NCBI GenBank assembly: GCA_045597465.1 | Contig: JAZLKG010000057.1 | Coordinates: 21,979-85,978 of the forward strand | DNA: 64,000 nt | Direction of reading: 5' to 3' | DNA from: Bacteroidales bacterium | GTDB taxonomy: Bacteria > Bacteroidota > Bacteroidia > Bacteroidales > UBA3824 | Shown: positions 50,972-61,091 of the stretch, in pieces | Numbering within the stretch: position 1 is the stretch's first letter | Layout of the letters: each line of letters begins with the position of its first letter | Position numbers and translations under genes: made by a program | The notes under the pieces: model-generated | What the model was told of the DNA's origin: nothing | The model's input: the letters and a program-made list of their open reading frames with translations, nothing else | Database searches by the model: none

Positions 50972-51541
50972 TTATTCCTTAATTTTCTCTACCTGTACAT
51001 AGCTCAACTCGAGCGGAGTCTTGCGGCCAAAAATCATTACCATCACTTTCAGTTTCTTCTTTTCATCGTTGATTTCCTCGATGATACCGTTGAAATTATT
51101 GAAAGGACCGTCGGTAACCTTTACCTGCTCTCCTATCGAGTATGGAGAATCTATAACCTCGCCATCGGTCTCTGCCTCGTCTACACGGCCAAGGATGCGA
51201 TTGATCTCTGCCTCTCTCATTGGAAGTGGATCACCGCCCTTTGTCTCGCCGAGGAACCCAAGACCACCTGGAACCTCACGGAGAATACCGGCTATCTGTG
51301 CAGTAAGCAGACATTCAACCAATACATAGCCTGGGAAGAATGTGCGCTCTGTGCTGTACTTCTTGCCGTTTCTTACCTGATATATTTTCTCGCTAGGAAC
51401 TAATACCTGAAAAATAAAATCCTCTAAACCGAGTACCTTAATCTGATTCTCTATATATTCCTTTACTTTTTTCTCCTGACCGCCGATTGCGCGGAGAACA
51501 TACCACTTTCTCGTTGTTGGTTTTGTAGCTTTTTCTCCCAT
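50972..51541 (-). CDS. nusG: transcription termination/antitermination factor NusG
   Basis: 189 aa. KWYVLRAIGGQEKKV at the N-terminus and a C-terminal KOW motif (GEQVKVTDGPFNNFNGIIEE). Confidence 0.95.
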   Translation of the reverse strand: MGEKATKPTTRKWYVLRAIGGQEKKVKEYIENQIKVLGLEDFIFQVLVPSEKIYQVRNGKKYSTERTFFPGYVLVECLLTAQIAGILREVPGGLGFLGETKGGDPLPMREAEINRILGRVDEAETDGEVIDSPYSIGEQVKVTDGPFNNFNGIIEEINDEKKKLKVMVMIFGRKTPLELSYVQVEKIKE

Positions 51542-51569
51542 TTTCTTAAGCGATTAAAGGATTGGAAAA

Positions 51570-51773
51570 TTAGTTTTGACTACTAAAGAGACCGTAGATC
51601 ATCTGCATTAATCCCTTAAGAGAGATATCCATCAGAAATACTACTATGGCAATCATGAAAGTTGCCACCATAACGATAACAGCGCTGTTCATGAGCTCCT
51701 GTTTGGTTGGCCAAGATACCTTGTTTACCAACTCGTCGTATGTCTCTTGCAGGTATGTTTTAATATTTGCCAT
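51570..51773 (-). CDS. secE: preprotein translocase subunit SecE
   Basis: 67 aa with a single C-terminal TM helix. Canonical position between tRNA-Trp and nusG. Confidence 0.88.
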   Translation of the reverse strand: MANIKTYLQETYDELVNKVSWPTKQELMNSAVIVMVATFMIAIVVFLMDISLKGLMQMIYGLFSSQN

Positions 51774-51793
51774 TTTTGTATATAGGAATTTAG

Positions 51794-51866
51794 CACGGGT
51801 GGAGAGACTCGAACTCCCGACACCTGGTTTTGGAGACCAGTGCTCTACCGACTGAGCTACACCCGT
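51794..51866 (-). tRNA. tRNA-Trp (CCA anticodon)
   Basis: The minus strand reads ACGGGTGTAGCTCAGTCGGTAGAGCACTGGTCTCCAAAACCAGGTGTCGGGAGTTCGAGTCTCTCCACCCGTG. It folds as a cloverleaf with anticodon loop CTCCAAA. Confidence 0.92.
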
Positions 51867-51937
51867 AAATAAGTGAGGTAAAGCCCTGAGGCATCACCTC
51901 ACTATATTTTGTTTTGAACTATGTTCTAAATCATTGA

Positions 51938-53128
51938 TTACTCAACAATCTTACCAACCTGGCCAGAACCTACTGTACGGCCACCCTCGCGGATAGCGAA
52001 ACGGAGACCCTCGTTGAGAGCTACCTTGTAGATCAACTCAACAGTGATAGTTACGTGGTCACCAGGCATTACCATCTCTACGCCCTCTGGGAGTGTGATC
52101 TCACCAGTAACGTCGAGTGTACGGAGGTAGAACTGAGGACGGTACTTGTTGTGGAATGGAGTGTGACGGCCACCCTCCTCTTTCTTCAATACGTAGATCT
52201 CAGCTGTGAACTTTGTATGAGGAGTGATAGAACCAGGCTTTGCGATTACCATACCACGCTTGATATCGGTCTTCTCGATACCACGGAGGAGCAAACCAGC
52301 GTTGTCACCAGCCTCACCCTTGTCGAGGAGCTTGCGGAACATCTCAATACCAGTAACAACTGACTTGAGAGGAGCGTCGTTAGAAAGACCTACAATCTCT
52401 ACAGGATCGTTGAGGTTGATGATACCAGTCTCGATTCTACCGGTAGCAACTGTACCACGGCCAGTGATAGAGAAGATATCCTCAACAGGCATCAAGAATG
52501 GCTTATCAACGTCACGTGCAGGCTGTGGGATGTATGTATCAACTGCATCCATGAGCTCCATTACCTTGTCCTCCCACTTAGCCTCGCCATTGAGGGCGCC
52601 GAGTGCAGAACCGCGGATGATAGGAGTGTTGTCGCCATCGTACTCGTAAGAAGAAAGAAGATCGCGAAGCTCCATCTCAACGAGGTCGAGAAGCTCTGGA
52701 TCGTCTACCATATCGCACTTGTTCATGAAAACAACGATCTTTGGTACGTTTACCTGACGAGCGAGCAGGATGTGCTCACGTGTCTGAGGCATAGGACCAT
52801 CGGTAGCAGCACATACGAGGATTGCACCGTCCATCTGAGCAGCACCAGTAACCATGTTCTTTACGTAGTCAGCGTGACCAGGACAGTCAACGTGAGCGTA
52901 GTGACGGTTAGCAGTCTGATACTCAACGTGTGCAGTATTGATGGTGATACCACGCTCTTTCTCCTCAGGAGCGTTATCAATTGAATCGAAGCTTCTTACC
53001 TCTGAAAGACCCTTCTTTGCAAGTACTGTAGTGATAGCTGCAGTCAAAGTGGTCTTACCGTGGTCTACGTGACCAATAGTACCAATGTTTACGTGTGGTT
53101 TGGATCTATCGAAATTCTCTTTAGCCAT
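51938..53128 (-). CDS. tuf: elongation factor Tu
   Basis: 396 aa. [18 protein letters not shown] and NKCD motifs. Confidence 0.99.
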   Translation of the reverse strand: MAKENFDRSKPHVNIGTIGHVDHGKTTLTAAITTVLAKKGLSEVRSFDSIDNAPEEKERGITINTAHVEYQTANRHYAHVDCPGHADYVKNMVTGAAQMDGAILVCAATDGPMPQTREHILLARQVNVPKIVVFMNKCDMVDDPELLDLVEMELRDLLSSYEYDGDNTPIIRGSALGALNGEAKWEDKVMELMDAVDTYIPQPARDVDKPFLMPVEDIFSITGRGTVATGRIETGIINLNDPVEIVGLSNDAPLKSVVTGIEMFRKLLDKGEAGDNAGLLLRGIEKTDIKRGMVIAKPGSITPHTKFTAEIYVLKKEEGGRHTPFHNKYRPQFYLRTLDVTGEITLPEGVEMVMPGDHVTITVELIYKVALNEGLRFAIREGGRTVGSGQVGKIVE

Positions 53129-53223
53129 AGTAAAAAAAGTTTATTAATTTATTAATTATTATTCTGTTTACTAGTCAAACAATTTGTGCATACAGAACTA
53201 TTCCGTACACACAAAAAAAATAG

Positions 53224-53295
<72 letters not shown>

Positions 53296-53319
53296 AACTA
53301 TTGAAAGTATCTTGCTTTG

Positions 53320-53392
53320 AGCGGGAGACGAGTCTCGAACCCGCGACCTTCAGCTTGGAAGGCTGACGCTCTACCAATTGAGCTACTCCCGC
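53320..53392 (-). tRNA. tRNA-Gly (TCC anticodon)
   Basis: GCGGGAGTAGCTCAATTGGTAGAGCGTCAGCCTTCCAAGCTGAAGGTCGCGGGTTCGAGACTCGTCTCCCGCT. The T-stem needs two G-U pairs. Confidence 0.85.
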
Positions 53393-53399
53393 AAGAGTT

Positions 53400-53484
53400 T
53401 GGTGGGGAGTGGTGGATTCGAACCACCGAAGGCTTAGCCAGCAGATTTACAGTCTGTCCCATTTGACCGCTCTGGAAACTCCCC
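53400..53484 (-). tRNA. tRNA-Tyr (GTA anticodon), long variable arm, encoded CCA
   Basis: GGGGAGTTTCCAGAGCGGTCAAATGGGACAGACTGTAAATCTGCTGGCTAAGCCTTCGGTGGTTCGAATCCACCACTCCCCACCA. Confidence 0.9.
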
Positions 53485-53522
53485 ATTATTTTGTCACAGC
53501 ACCTTGCGAAGCAAGTTCCTTT

Positions 53523-53599
53523 TGGAGCCGGCGGAGGGATTCGAACCCCCGACCCGCTGATTACAAATCAGCTGCTCTGGCCAACTGAGCTACGCCGGC
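53523..53599 (-). tRNA. tRNA-Thr (TGT anticodon), encoded CCA
   Basis: GCCGGCGTAGCTCAGTTGGCCAGAGCAGCTGATTTGTAATCAGCGGGTCGGGGGTTCGAATCCCTCCGCCGGCTCCA. Confidence 0.9.
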
Positions 53600-53758
53600 A
53601 GTGCTATGCCTTTATTTCATTAGCCTTGTAAAGATCATTGTCGAAAAAAAAGTGTCGTTGAACAAACACTCATTTGTTTTTTCAACGACACAAAATTATG
53701 GACTTTATTTCATTCCACCAAATTTTTTTGCAACTTTTTTTCTATTATTTTTCAAATT

Positions 53759-54058
53759 TTATTTCTGCTTCTCTTTTCTCTTGAGGAGCTGGACACGCAA
53801 AGCCTCTATGGCTGTGTCAGTTGACTCCTCGAATGTTTTTGACTTTTTCTCCGCGAAGATGGCGCCGCCTGGCACCTCTACTCGCACCTTGGCCACCTTG
53901 CTGTCGTAGTTGACGCTCTGAGAACGCTCCAAAGACAGGAATACCTCGGCCTTGATGATATCATCGGCCACCTGGCTGAGCTTGCTTACCTTCTCCTGTA
54001 CAAACTCCTCGAGCTGTGCGCTTGCGTTGAAATGTATCGCTTCGATTGTAACATTCAT
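53759..54058 (-). CDS. hpf: ribosome hibernation-promoting factor (HPF/RaiA, short form)
   Basis: 99 aa. MNVTIEAIHFNASAQLEEFVQEKVSKL. Conserved position upstream of the tRNA-tuf cluster in Bacteroidales. Confidence 0.88.
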   Translation of the reverse strand: MNVTIEAIHFNASAQLEEFVQEKVSKLSQVADDIIKAEVFLSLERSQSVNYDSKVAKVRVEVPGGAIFAEKKSKTFEESTDTAIEALRVQLLKRKEKQK

Positions 54059-54104
54059 AATTGTTCCTCCTAAATTTAGTGTTAGTTAGTAATATTGTTG
54101 TTTT

Positions 54105-54977
54105 TCATGCCCTTGGATGGGCCTTGCTGTATGTTCCTTTCAGCTGCTCATACGATGTATGAGTGTATATCTGCGTGGCCGACAGGTTGGCGTGCCCAAG
54201 CAGCTCCTTTATCGCATTCAGCGGAGCGCCGTTGTTGAGCATCGATGTGGCGAAACTGTGCCTCAGTGTATGGGGACCAGTGCGGGTGATGCCCTGAGTG
54301 CCTTCCAGATATTTATGTACTATCCTATATACGAGTTTGGGATACATTTTGTTTCCTTTTCCAGTAAGAAAAATGAAATTTTCTTTGTCTCCCGTCTTCA
54401 GAGCCGACAGACGCTGACACAAGTCCTTGGTTATTGGCACCTTGCGTGTTTTGCCGCCCTTGCCGTGCACCGTAATGGCCAGCATTATCTCGTCCACATC
54501 GCAGCACCTTATATTAATAAGCTCGGTTTCACGGATTCCTGTATCGTAAAACAGCTCTATTATAAGCCTGTTGCGGACGCCGTCCTTGTCGCCGGCAAAG
54601 AGGTCGTCGTTGTCCAGCATGTCGTTCATCTGCTCCTCTGCCACGAACTCAGGCAGGTGTCTGGGTTTCTTCAGGTTTCTGAGACCCTGGGCCGGACTCC
54701 TGTCTATCTGTCCGGTCTTCAGCATCCACTTGTAGAAGCCCCTCAGGGTGGATATCTTGCGGTTGAGGGTTACAGTGCTCTGTCCCTTCTGCCTCAGCGA
54801 CGATATCCAGGAGCGTATGTACTTGGTGTCTGCCGATATCAGCTCGCCATGGCCGCACTCAGTTTCCATGTAATCCCTGAACTCGGCCAAATCGGTAAGA
54901 TAGGCCTTCACAGTGTTCGGACTGTAGCGCCGCTCGTATGTAAGGTAATCGCCAAACTTGGCTGTTGCGTCTTCCAT
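54105..54977 (-). CDS. tyrosine recombinase, XerC/XerD family
   Basis: 290 aa. N-terminal SAM-like domain (YLTYERRYSPNTVKAY). Catalytic residues in GIRETEL, HTLRHSFAT and LGHANLSATQIYTH. Confidence 0.88.
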   Translation of the reverse strand: MEDATAKFGDYLTYERRYSPNTVKAYLTDLAEFRDYMETECGHGELISADTKYIRSWISSLRQKGQSTVTLNRKISTLRGFYKWMLKTGQIDRSPAQGLRNLKKPRHLPEFVAEEQMNDMLDNDDLFAGDKDGVRNRLIIELFYDTGIRETELINIRCCDVDEIMLAITVHGKGGKTRKVPITKDLCQRLSALKTGDKENFIFLTGKGNKMYPKLVYRIVHKYLEGTQGITRTGPHTLRHSFATSMLNNGAPLNAIKELLGHANLSATQIYTHTSYEQLKGTYSKAHPRA

Positions 54978-55117
54978 AGAGTATGTTTTCCTGAAAACTC
55001 AGTATCAAGTGTATCAGCCACTTAACCTGCCGATGCAATTTGTTTTTTGCTGATACCTAATATAATGATTATTTCCTGATATCTCCAAATAAATTAACTA
55101 TTTTTTAGAAAAAAAAA

Positions 55118-55693
55118 CTAACTCTGCCAGCTTTTGCTTCCAAATTGTGGCAGGCCGAGGCTGTCCAAAACATCATTTATCTGGAATATGTTGTAGTCGC
55201 TGCCGCCCCTTGTGATGAAATACTCCACCACGAGGTCCACCCTCGAGGAGTGCGATATGGCGAATCCGGCACTCTTGAGCAGGGTGGCTGCCTCGTCCAG
55301 ATTCAGCTTCAGGGCTATCACGAGAGCCAGGACTGTGGATTTGGCCGGCGCATAGTCGCTGTTGCTAATGATCTTGGAAAACAGGCGGCGGTCCAGATTG
55401 GCCTCCTTGTACACCTCGGCATTGCTCATATTCTTTTGGCGGATGTATTTTATAAGCAATGTGCTGAAACTGTCTTCCAGCCTGTCCAGAATGTCGTCGA
55501 ATCCCTTGGCAGCGGCCACCGAGCCCACAGGCTCCATGGACTGCCGCGCCGAGCCGCCCAGCAGGGCCGACACTCCCTGCATAAGGCCGAAACACTTGCG
55601 CACCGGAGCCTCAGGCTCCAGATGGGCGTCAATATAGCTGCGCACGTCGCTCAAGATCCGGGATATATCACTGCGTTCTATTGATAATGGCAT
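55118..55693 (-). CDS. hypothetical protein with HTH-like central segment
   Basis: 191 aa. KNMSNAEVYKEANLDRRLFSKIISN resembles an XRE-type HTH. Otherwise unrecognised. Confidence 0.5.
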   Translation of the reverse strand: MPLSIERSDISRILSDVRSYIDAHLEPEAPVRKCFGLMQGVSALLGGSARQSMEPVGSVAAAKGFDDILDRLEDSFSTLLIKYIRQKNMSNAEVYKEANLDRRLFSKIISNSDYAPAKSTVLALVIALKLNLDEAATLLKSAGFAISHSSRVDLVVEYFITRGGSDYNIFQINDVLDSLGLPQFGSKSWQS

Positions 55694-55814
55694 GGTGTAT
55701 CAGTTTTTGTATTTTCAGGAAACAAATATAGTATAATTATCGCGAACAAAAAAAATAGCAATGCCGTTTTTTCGCAGCGGCATTGCTATTTCATATATAA
55801 TATATAAGGTGTGG

Positions 55815-57971
55815 CTAATGAGCGAATGTAAGCTCATCGATTATGCGCTGGCATCCGGCGTACTTGTCGATAACAAACAGCACATAGCGGATATCGACGT
55901 TGATGCAGCGCTGGACGTCGTCGCGGAAAATCCAGTCGCCGCACATGGCCTCGCTGTTGCCGTCGAACGCCAGACCTATGAGGTTTCCATTGGCATCGAG
56001 CACAGGCGAGCCTGAGTTTCCTCCGGTAATGTCGTTGTCGGTAAGGAAACAGGTGTGCAAAGTACCGTCGGCATCGGCATATCGGCCAAAGTCCTTGCCA
56101 GCAAGCAGGCTGTGGAGCTTGGCCGGCACATCGAACTCGTAGTCGCCAGGTTTCTCCTTCTGGAGCACGCCCTCCGAAGTGGTGAAATAATTGAAGGTAT
56201 CGCCGGAGCGTCCGTCAGCATCAGGAACAGGATTGGCGGGATTCCAGGCAGGATCCTTGTACGAAAGCACCTTTCCGTATGAGAGACGCTCAGAGAAGTT
56301 GGCATCAGGATAAAGATTGCCGTCCGCATTCATCTCATTGATTCCCTTGCAGTAGAGGCGGCGTGCTGCCGACAGGGCATTCTCGTCGGCCTCAGTCTCG
56401 CCCATTATCTGGAAATACACAGTAAGCACATCACGCATGGCCGATATCACGGGATCGCCGGCAAGCGACAGGCGTGTTGGATTTTCCATGAACTTGTCGA
56501 ATCCCTCCTGGGTTACAAACTGCGAGGAGAAAATCTTGTCGATGGCAGCCTGCACGCTGCTGTCCTTGAGGAATGCAGGCCAGTAGGCAGGATCCACGTC
56601 CTCCTTGTAGAGCTTGGCCATGGCCAGCGACGCCTTGTAGTCGGTCTCGCGGCTGTAGTCCTTGTAGAATGTGTGGCCCTCCTTTATGAAATCCTCCTTG
56701 GTCTTGTCGCCGGGCTGCGATACAAACGAGAGTATGTGGTATCCGTGCATTATGAGCTCCATGCCCTGAAGCATGCACTCGTTGATATACATGGAGTTTT
56801 TGTTGTTGGCGCTGCTGCGGACGCAGATGTCCCTGATATTGGAGAGCACATCGTTGTATTCGGCATCGCGGGCCGCCACCTGCTTGTACCATTTGGCGAA
56901 CTCGCTCTCCTGCTGCTGCTTAACGCCGACAATGTTGAGCGCCTTGAGCGATTTGTTGGCCTCTATGGCGTTTTTCCAGTAGTTGCTGGAATGCGAGAAC
57001 TTGGTGGCGTATTTAATGTGTATCTCTTGGGAAGCCTCCATGTCGGCCTTCAGCACATCCTGGCGTATGCCGCGTATCTTGGCGCGGTTGGCATTGTCGA
57101 GCATGTCGTTCTCTATCTCATAGCTGGTGGAGTATCTCTGTGTGGTGCCCGGGAAACCCATCACCATGGCAAAGTCGCCCTCCTTGTAGCCGCTGATGCT
57201 TACGGCAAGATGGTGCTTGGGCCTCATTGGCACATTGTCGGCTGAATACTGGGCGGGATTGCCGTTGCGGTCGGTATATACACGGAACACCGAGAAGTCG
57301 CATGTGTGGCGGGGCCACATCCAGTTGTCGGTGTCGCCGCCAAACTTGCCTATCGCATCGGGCGGAGTGCCCACCATGCGTACATCCTCGTATTTCATAT
57401 AGACCATCAGGTAGTAGGCATTGCCCTCAAAGAATGGCTTCACCTGTATGTCGTAGTAGTCGCTGGCGTATTTTTTCTGATACTCTGCCTTGGCAGCGTC
57501 CTCGTTCCTGTGTATAATCTCCTGACGCTGACTCTCCGTCATTGCATTGGTGACACCCTTGTTCACTATATCAGTGACATCGGCAATTTCCTGAAGTATG
57601 CTGATGTACAGGCCCGGAGTTGGGATCTCCTGATCCTGGGTCATAGCCCAGAATCCGTCCTTCAGGTAGTCGTGGTCGAGCGAGCTGTGCTGCTGTATGG
57701 CAGTATAGCCACAGTGGTGGTTGGTGAAGACAAGGCCCTGGTCAGACACTATCTCGCCTGTGCAGTATCCGCCAAACACACATACAGCATCCTTCAGCGA
57801 CGATTTCTTCACATTGTAGATATCCTTGGCCTTCAGGCGGAATCCCTGGGCCTTCATCTGCTTGTAGTTCTTGCCTATCATGTTCAGGAGCCACATTCCC
57901 TCGTCGGCCCTGGCTGTAGATACGGCAACGGCTATCACAAGCAGCGTTGCAATAATACTCTTGAATTTCAT
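55815..57971 (-). CDS. S46-family dipeptidyl-peptidase (DPP7/DPP11-like), paralogue 2
   Basis: 718 aa. Signal peptide then DEGMWLL. TNHHCG. ITGGNSGSPVLDANGNLIGLAFD. Confidence 0.9.
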   Translation of the reverse strand: MKFKSIIATLLVIAVAVSTARADEGMWLLNMIGKNYKQMKAQGFRLKAKDIYNVKKSSLKDAVCVFGGYCTGEIVSDQGLVFTNHHCGYTAIQQHSSLDHDYLKDGFWAMTQDQEIPTPGLYISILQEIADVTDIVNKGVTNAMTESQRQEIIHRNEDAAKAEYQKKYASDYYDIQVKPFFEGNAYYLMVYMKYEDVRMVGTPPDAIGKFGGDTDNWMWPRHTCDFSVFRVYTDRNGNPAQYSADNVPMRPKHHLAVSISGYKEGDFAMVMGFPGTTQRYSTSYEIENDMLDNANRAKIRGIRQDVLKADMEASQEIHIKYATKFSHSSNYWKNAIEANKSLKALNIVGVKQQQESEFAKWYKQVAARDAEYNDVLSNIRDICVRSSANNKNSMYINECMLQGMELIMHGYHILSFVSQPGDKTKEDFIKEGHTFYKDYSRETDYKASLAMAKLYKEDVDPAYWPAFLKDSSVQAAIDKIFSSQFVTQEGFDKFMENPTRLSLAGDPVISAMRDVLTVYFQIMGETEADENALSAARRLYCKGINEMNADGNLYPDANFSERLSYGKVLSYKDPAWNPANPVPDADGRSGDTFNYFTTSEGVLQKEKPGDYEFDVPAKLHSLLAGKDFGRYADADGTLHTCFLTDNDITGGNSGSPVLDANGNLIGLAFDGNSEAMCGDWIFRDDVQRCINVDIRYVLFVIDKYAGCQRIIDELTFAH

Positions 57972-57982
57972 ATTTCGTTGTT

Positions 57983-59830
57983 TTAATAAATTGTTTTGCT
58001 GTTGTTGGTGCCGTCGGCATCAGGAAGCCACGAAGTGGAAAGCACCGCCGCCTCCACCTCCTTCTTCAGGCTTATAACCACGCGCCGTGTGCCGTTGGCC
58101 CATACAAGGGCATTGCGCCTGATGCTCTCTGTGGTGCCGTCGGTGTATGTGACCTCCATATCTATCGGCAGCATCATGTCGCCGAGGTTCCTCACGGCCA
58201 CCTCGGCGCCGTCTATGGAATCCACGGCCAGGTCGGGTACTCCCTTGGTGAAAAACCACGAATGGATCACCTCGCCCAGGTCCTGCCCCGACACCGACAT
58301 GCACATATTGAAAAAGTCGTAGGGGTGCGGATGCTTGCCCGCCCATTCCCGGGTAAACTCGCGCAATATCTTGGTCATCACCTCCTTGCCCACAATATCC
58401 TCTATTACGGTGTATGCCATCTGGGGCTTGTAATACGAGTTTATGGTGAATATCCACATATCAGTCATGGAATACGACGGAGTCATGATGGGCACAGCGT
58501 CGTCGCGGCCAGCCACACGCTCGGTGTTTCGGGCCGCCTGCGATATGATATCCTTGCTGCGGAAGACACTGTTTTGGAAATACTGAAGCACATACTGGGT
58601 AAGGCCCTCGTCCATAAAGCCGTATCTATTCTGATACATGCCGGTGATGAAAGGGAAATACGAGTGTGTGACCTCGTGGCTTGTGGTGAAGAAATCAGAA
58701 TCGAAATTGTCGTCGAAATCCTCGTTCACCATCATGGGGAACTCCATGCCGCCGCTGCCCTCAAATAGGGTCATGTGCTGATACGGATACGTAACCCCGG
58801 GACGCTCCTTGCTCAGGTAGGTCAATGTCTTGCGGGCCATGTCGATGTTCTTGCTGAATCCGTCGTGGCTGAACACCGCGGCCACAATGGTGCGCGGCTT
58901 GCCAGGCGCAAGTGCAAGTCCTGATGCCGACCATTTCATTGTGTTGCTGCACGCAAACACGAAATCGGGCACCGAGTCGGCCTTGAAGTGCCATGTGTTT
59001 GTCTCTTTTTGGAGGGCGCTCCTTATGTTGACTGAGTTTACCACGGGAACAACGGCGTCGCCTGATACAGCTTTCCTGTAGTTGGCCATTACCGGGGCCG
59101 AATATATCCCGGCCATATTCTGGAGACTACCGGTGGCCCAGCACATCATGCGGTGCCCCAAGGTAATATGCACATCATAGTTGGCAAACTCGAATGCGAA
59201 CTCCTCGTTGCCGCTGTGGTCCACCATGTCCCAGCCATAGAGATCGTCGAATACGGCTATCTGGGGATACCAATATGGCACAAACCAGGAATAATCGCCA
59301 TATTTGCCGCCGCGGTGATGGGTTTTGGCAGCTATCACGTTGCTCCACCTCACCTTCAGTGTAATCTTGTCGCCGGCGTATATGGACTCCTTCAGGAAAA
59401 CGCAGGCCTTGGTGTTCTGTATCTTGAACGAGAGGGGAATCTCCTGGCCGCCAGATATCAGCGACACACTCTCCAGGGCCATGCCCTCGTCTGTGATATC
59501 GTCGGGATGGCACGGGCGGTTGCGGGGCACGCCTTTCTTATATATATTGCGGTAAAGGTTCAATATTATCCTGGAAGTCTGGGCGTCGGGAGTGTTGAAA
59601 TGGTATGTGACCTCTTCCTCGCCCTCCAGGACATGCGTGTCTGGCTCAAACGAGGCGGTTATCTTGTACTCGGCAAAATTATTACGGTACTCTCGGCCCG
59701 GATATCCCGTGGTGCTACGGGTACCGGACTCCACAGCCCTGCCGAATTCCCTGCTGTATGGAATCTGGGCATGCAGCTGATACTCCGCCAACAGAAGCAT
59801 CAGCGCTAATAATATGTTCCTTATCCTCAT
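57983..59830 (-). CDS. M1-family zinc metallopeptidase
   Basis: Start MRIRNILLALMLLLAEYQLHAQ at 59830. HEVTH followed 18 residues later by E (HEVTHSYFPFITGMYQNRYGFMDE), which is the gluzincin signature. Confidence 0.82.
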   Translation of the reverse strand: MRIRNILLALMLLLAEYQLHAQIPYSREFGRAVESGTRSTTGYPGREYRNNFAEYKITASFEPDTHVLEGEEEVTYHFNTPDAQTSRIILNLYRNIYKKGVPRNRPCHPDDITDEGMALESVSLISGGQEIPLSFKIQNTKACVFLKESIYAGDKITLKVRWSNVIAAKTHHRGGKYGDYSWFVPYWYPQIAVFDDLYGWDMVDHSGNEEFAFEFANYDVHITLGHRMMCWATGSLQNMAGIYSAPVMANYRKAVSGDAVVPVVNSVNIRSALQKETNTWHFKADSVPDFVFACSNTMKWSASGLALAPGKPRTIVAAVFSHDGFSKNIDMARKTLTYLSKERPGVTYPYQHMTLFEGSGGMEFPMMVNEDFDDNFDSDFFTTSHEVTHSYFPFITGMYQNRYGFMDEGLTQYVLQYFQNSVFRSKDIISQAARNTERVAGRDDAVPIMTPSYSMTDMWIFTINSYYKPQMAYTVIEDIVGKEVMTKILREFTREWAGKHPHPYDFFNMCMSVSGQDLGEVIHSWFFTKGVPDLAVDSIDGAEVAVRNLGDMMLPIDMEVTYTDGTTESIRRNALVWANGTRRVVISLKKEVEAAVLSTSWLPDADGTNNSKTIY

Positions 59831-59934
59831 AACAAATATGTGTTTGTAAATTAGCAGCAAAGTTAATCATTTAAGACCGTTATTTTTATTATATTTGCGG
59901 AAATTTTTCACAAAAAATATTTCAACAGACAAAA

Positions 59935-61053
59935 ATGGCAGATAAAAACTCTTTGAAATCCATTATCAGCAATGGCGATATGGATGACGACATAAAGGAA
60001 ATAGCTCTGAAAACAGCTGACGGTGAGCGAATAAATGACCAGGAGGCCCTGATGCTGTATCAGAGAGCCCCTCTCCCGCTGCTGGGCATGATGGCCTTCG
60101 ATATCAAGAAAAAGAAAACCGGGCTAAAGGTTTTCTACAACCGCAACTTCCACATAGAGCCTACCAATGTCTGTGTAAACAACTGCAAGTTTTGCAGCTA
60201 CAAGAAGCCTCAGGGCGATCCCCAGGCATGGGAGCTGTCCATGGACGAGATTCTGCACAAGGTGGCCACATACAAGGACAGCCGCGCCACAGAGGTTCAC
60301 ATTGTGGGCGGTGTGCATCCCGACAGGGACATCGACTACTACTGCAACCTGATGCGCGAGGTAAAGAGGATAATCCCCGGCATAGTGGTGAAGGCTTTTA
60401 CAGCAGTCGAAATTGAATACATGATAAACAAGGCGGGGCTATCGCTGGAGGACGGCCTCATGAAGCTGAAGTCCGCCGGGCTGCAGGCCATTCCGGGGGG
60501 CGGAGCCGAGATTTTCGACGAGCCCCTCCGTGCAGATATATGCCCCGAGAAAACCAAGTCTTCCGTATGGCTCGAGATCCACCGCACAGCCCATAAATTG
60601 GGCATAGAGACCAATGCCACAATGCTTTACGGACACAAGGAGACCTACGCGCAGCGCATAGACCACATGAGCCGCCTGCGCAGGCTCCAGGACGAGACCA
60701 ATGGCTTCTCGGCCTTTATACCACTGAAATACCGCAGCGAGAACAACCAGATGAGCCCGCTTGGCGAGGTGGCCCTGACGGAAGACCTCAGAAACTACGC
60801 CATGTCCAGAATATACCTCGACAACTTCCCCCATGTAAAGGCATACTGGGTAATGTCGGGACTGGAGACCACCAAGCTCGCCCTCCAATACGGCGCCGAC
60901 GACATTGACGGCACCGTAAACGATTCCACCAAGATATACACCATGGCCGGAGTATCAGGCAAGGCCACCATGACCGTGGAGCAGATCCGCGGGGTGATAG
61001 AGAGCGCCGGACTCATGCCTGTGGAGAGGGATACTTTCTATAACGAGGTTTAG
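59935..61053 (+). CDS. radical SAM protein, MqnE/MqnC/CofH family
   Basis: 372 aa. CVNNCKFCSY cluster. Length and the C-terminal YGADDIDGTV block fit the futalosine-pathway/CofH-type enzymes. The subfamily is not resolvable by eye. Confidence 0.7.
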   Translation: MADKNSLKSIISNGDMDDDIKEIALKTADGERINDQEALMLYQRAPLPLLGMMAFDIKKKKTGLKVFYNRNFHIEPTNVCVNNCKFCSYKKPQGDPQAWELSMDEILHKVATYKDSRATEVHIVGGVHPDRDIDYYCNLMREVKRIIPGIVVKAFTAVEIEYMINKAGLSLEDGLMKLKSAGLQAIPGGGAEIFDEPLRADICPEKTKSSVWLEIHRTAHKLGIETNATMLYGHKETYAQRIDHMSRLRRLQDETNGFSAFIPLKYRSENNQMSPLGEVALTEDLRNYAMSRIYLDNFPHVKAYWVMSGLETTKLALQYGADDIDGTVNDSTKIYTMAGVSGKATMTVEQIRGVIESAGLMPVERDTFYNEV

Positions 61054-61091
61054 AGATTAAAGTTCAAAGTTTAAAGATTAAAGTTTAAAGA

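Noticed and set aside
54105-54977. Tyrosine recombinase as a marker of an integrated mobile element
   Set aside because: It sits in the conserved recombinase-hpf-tRNA-tuf housekeeping arrangement. I found no flanking repeats and no cargo genes, so it is most likely a chromosomal Xer-type recombinase.
54117-55025. 302-aa plus-strand ORF
   Set aside because: It lies antisense to the tyrosine recombinase gene, which shows the R-H-R-Y catalytic contexts.
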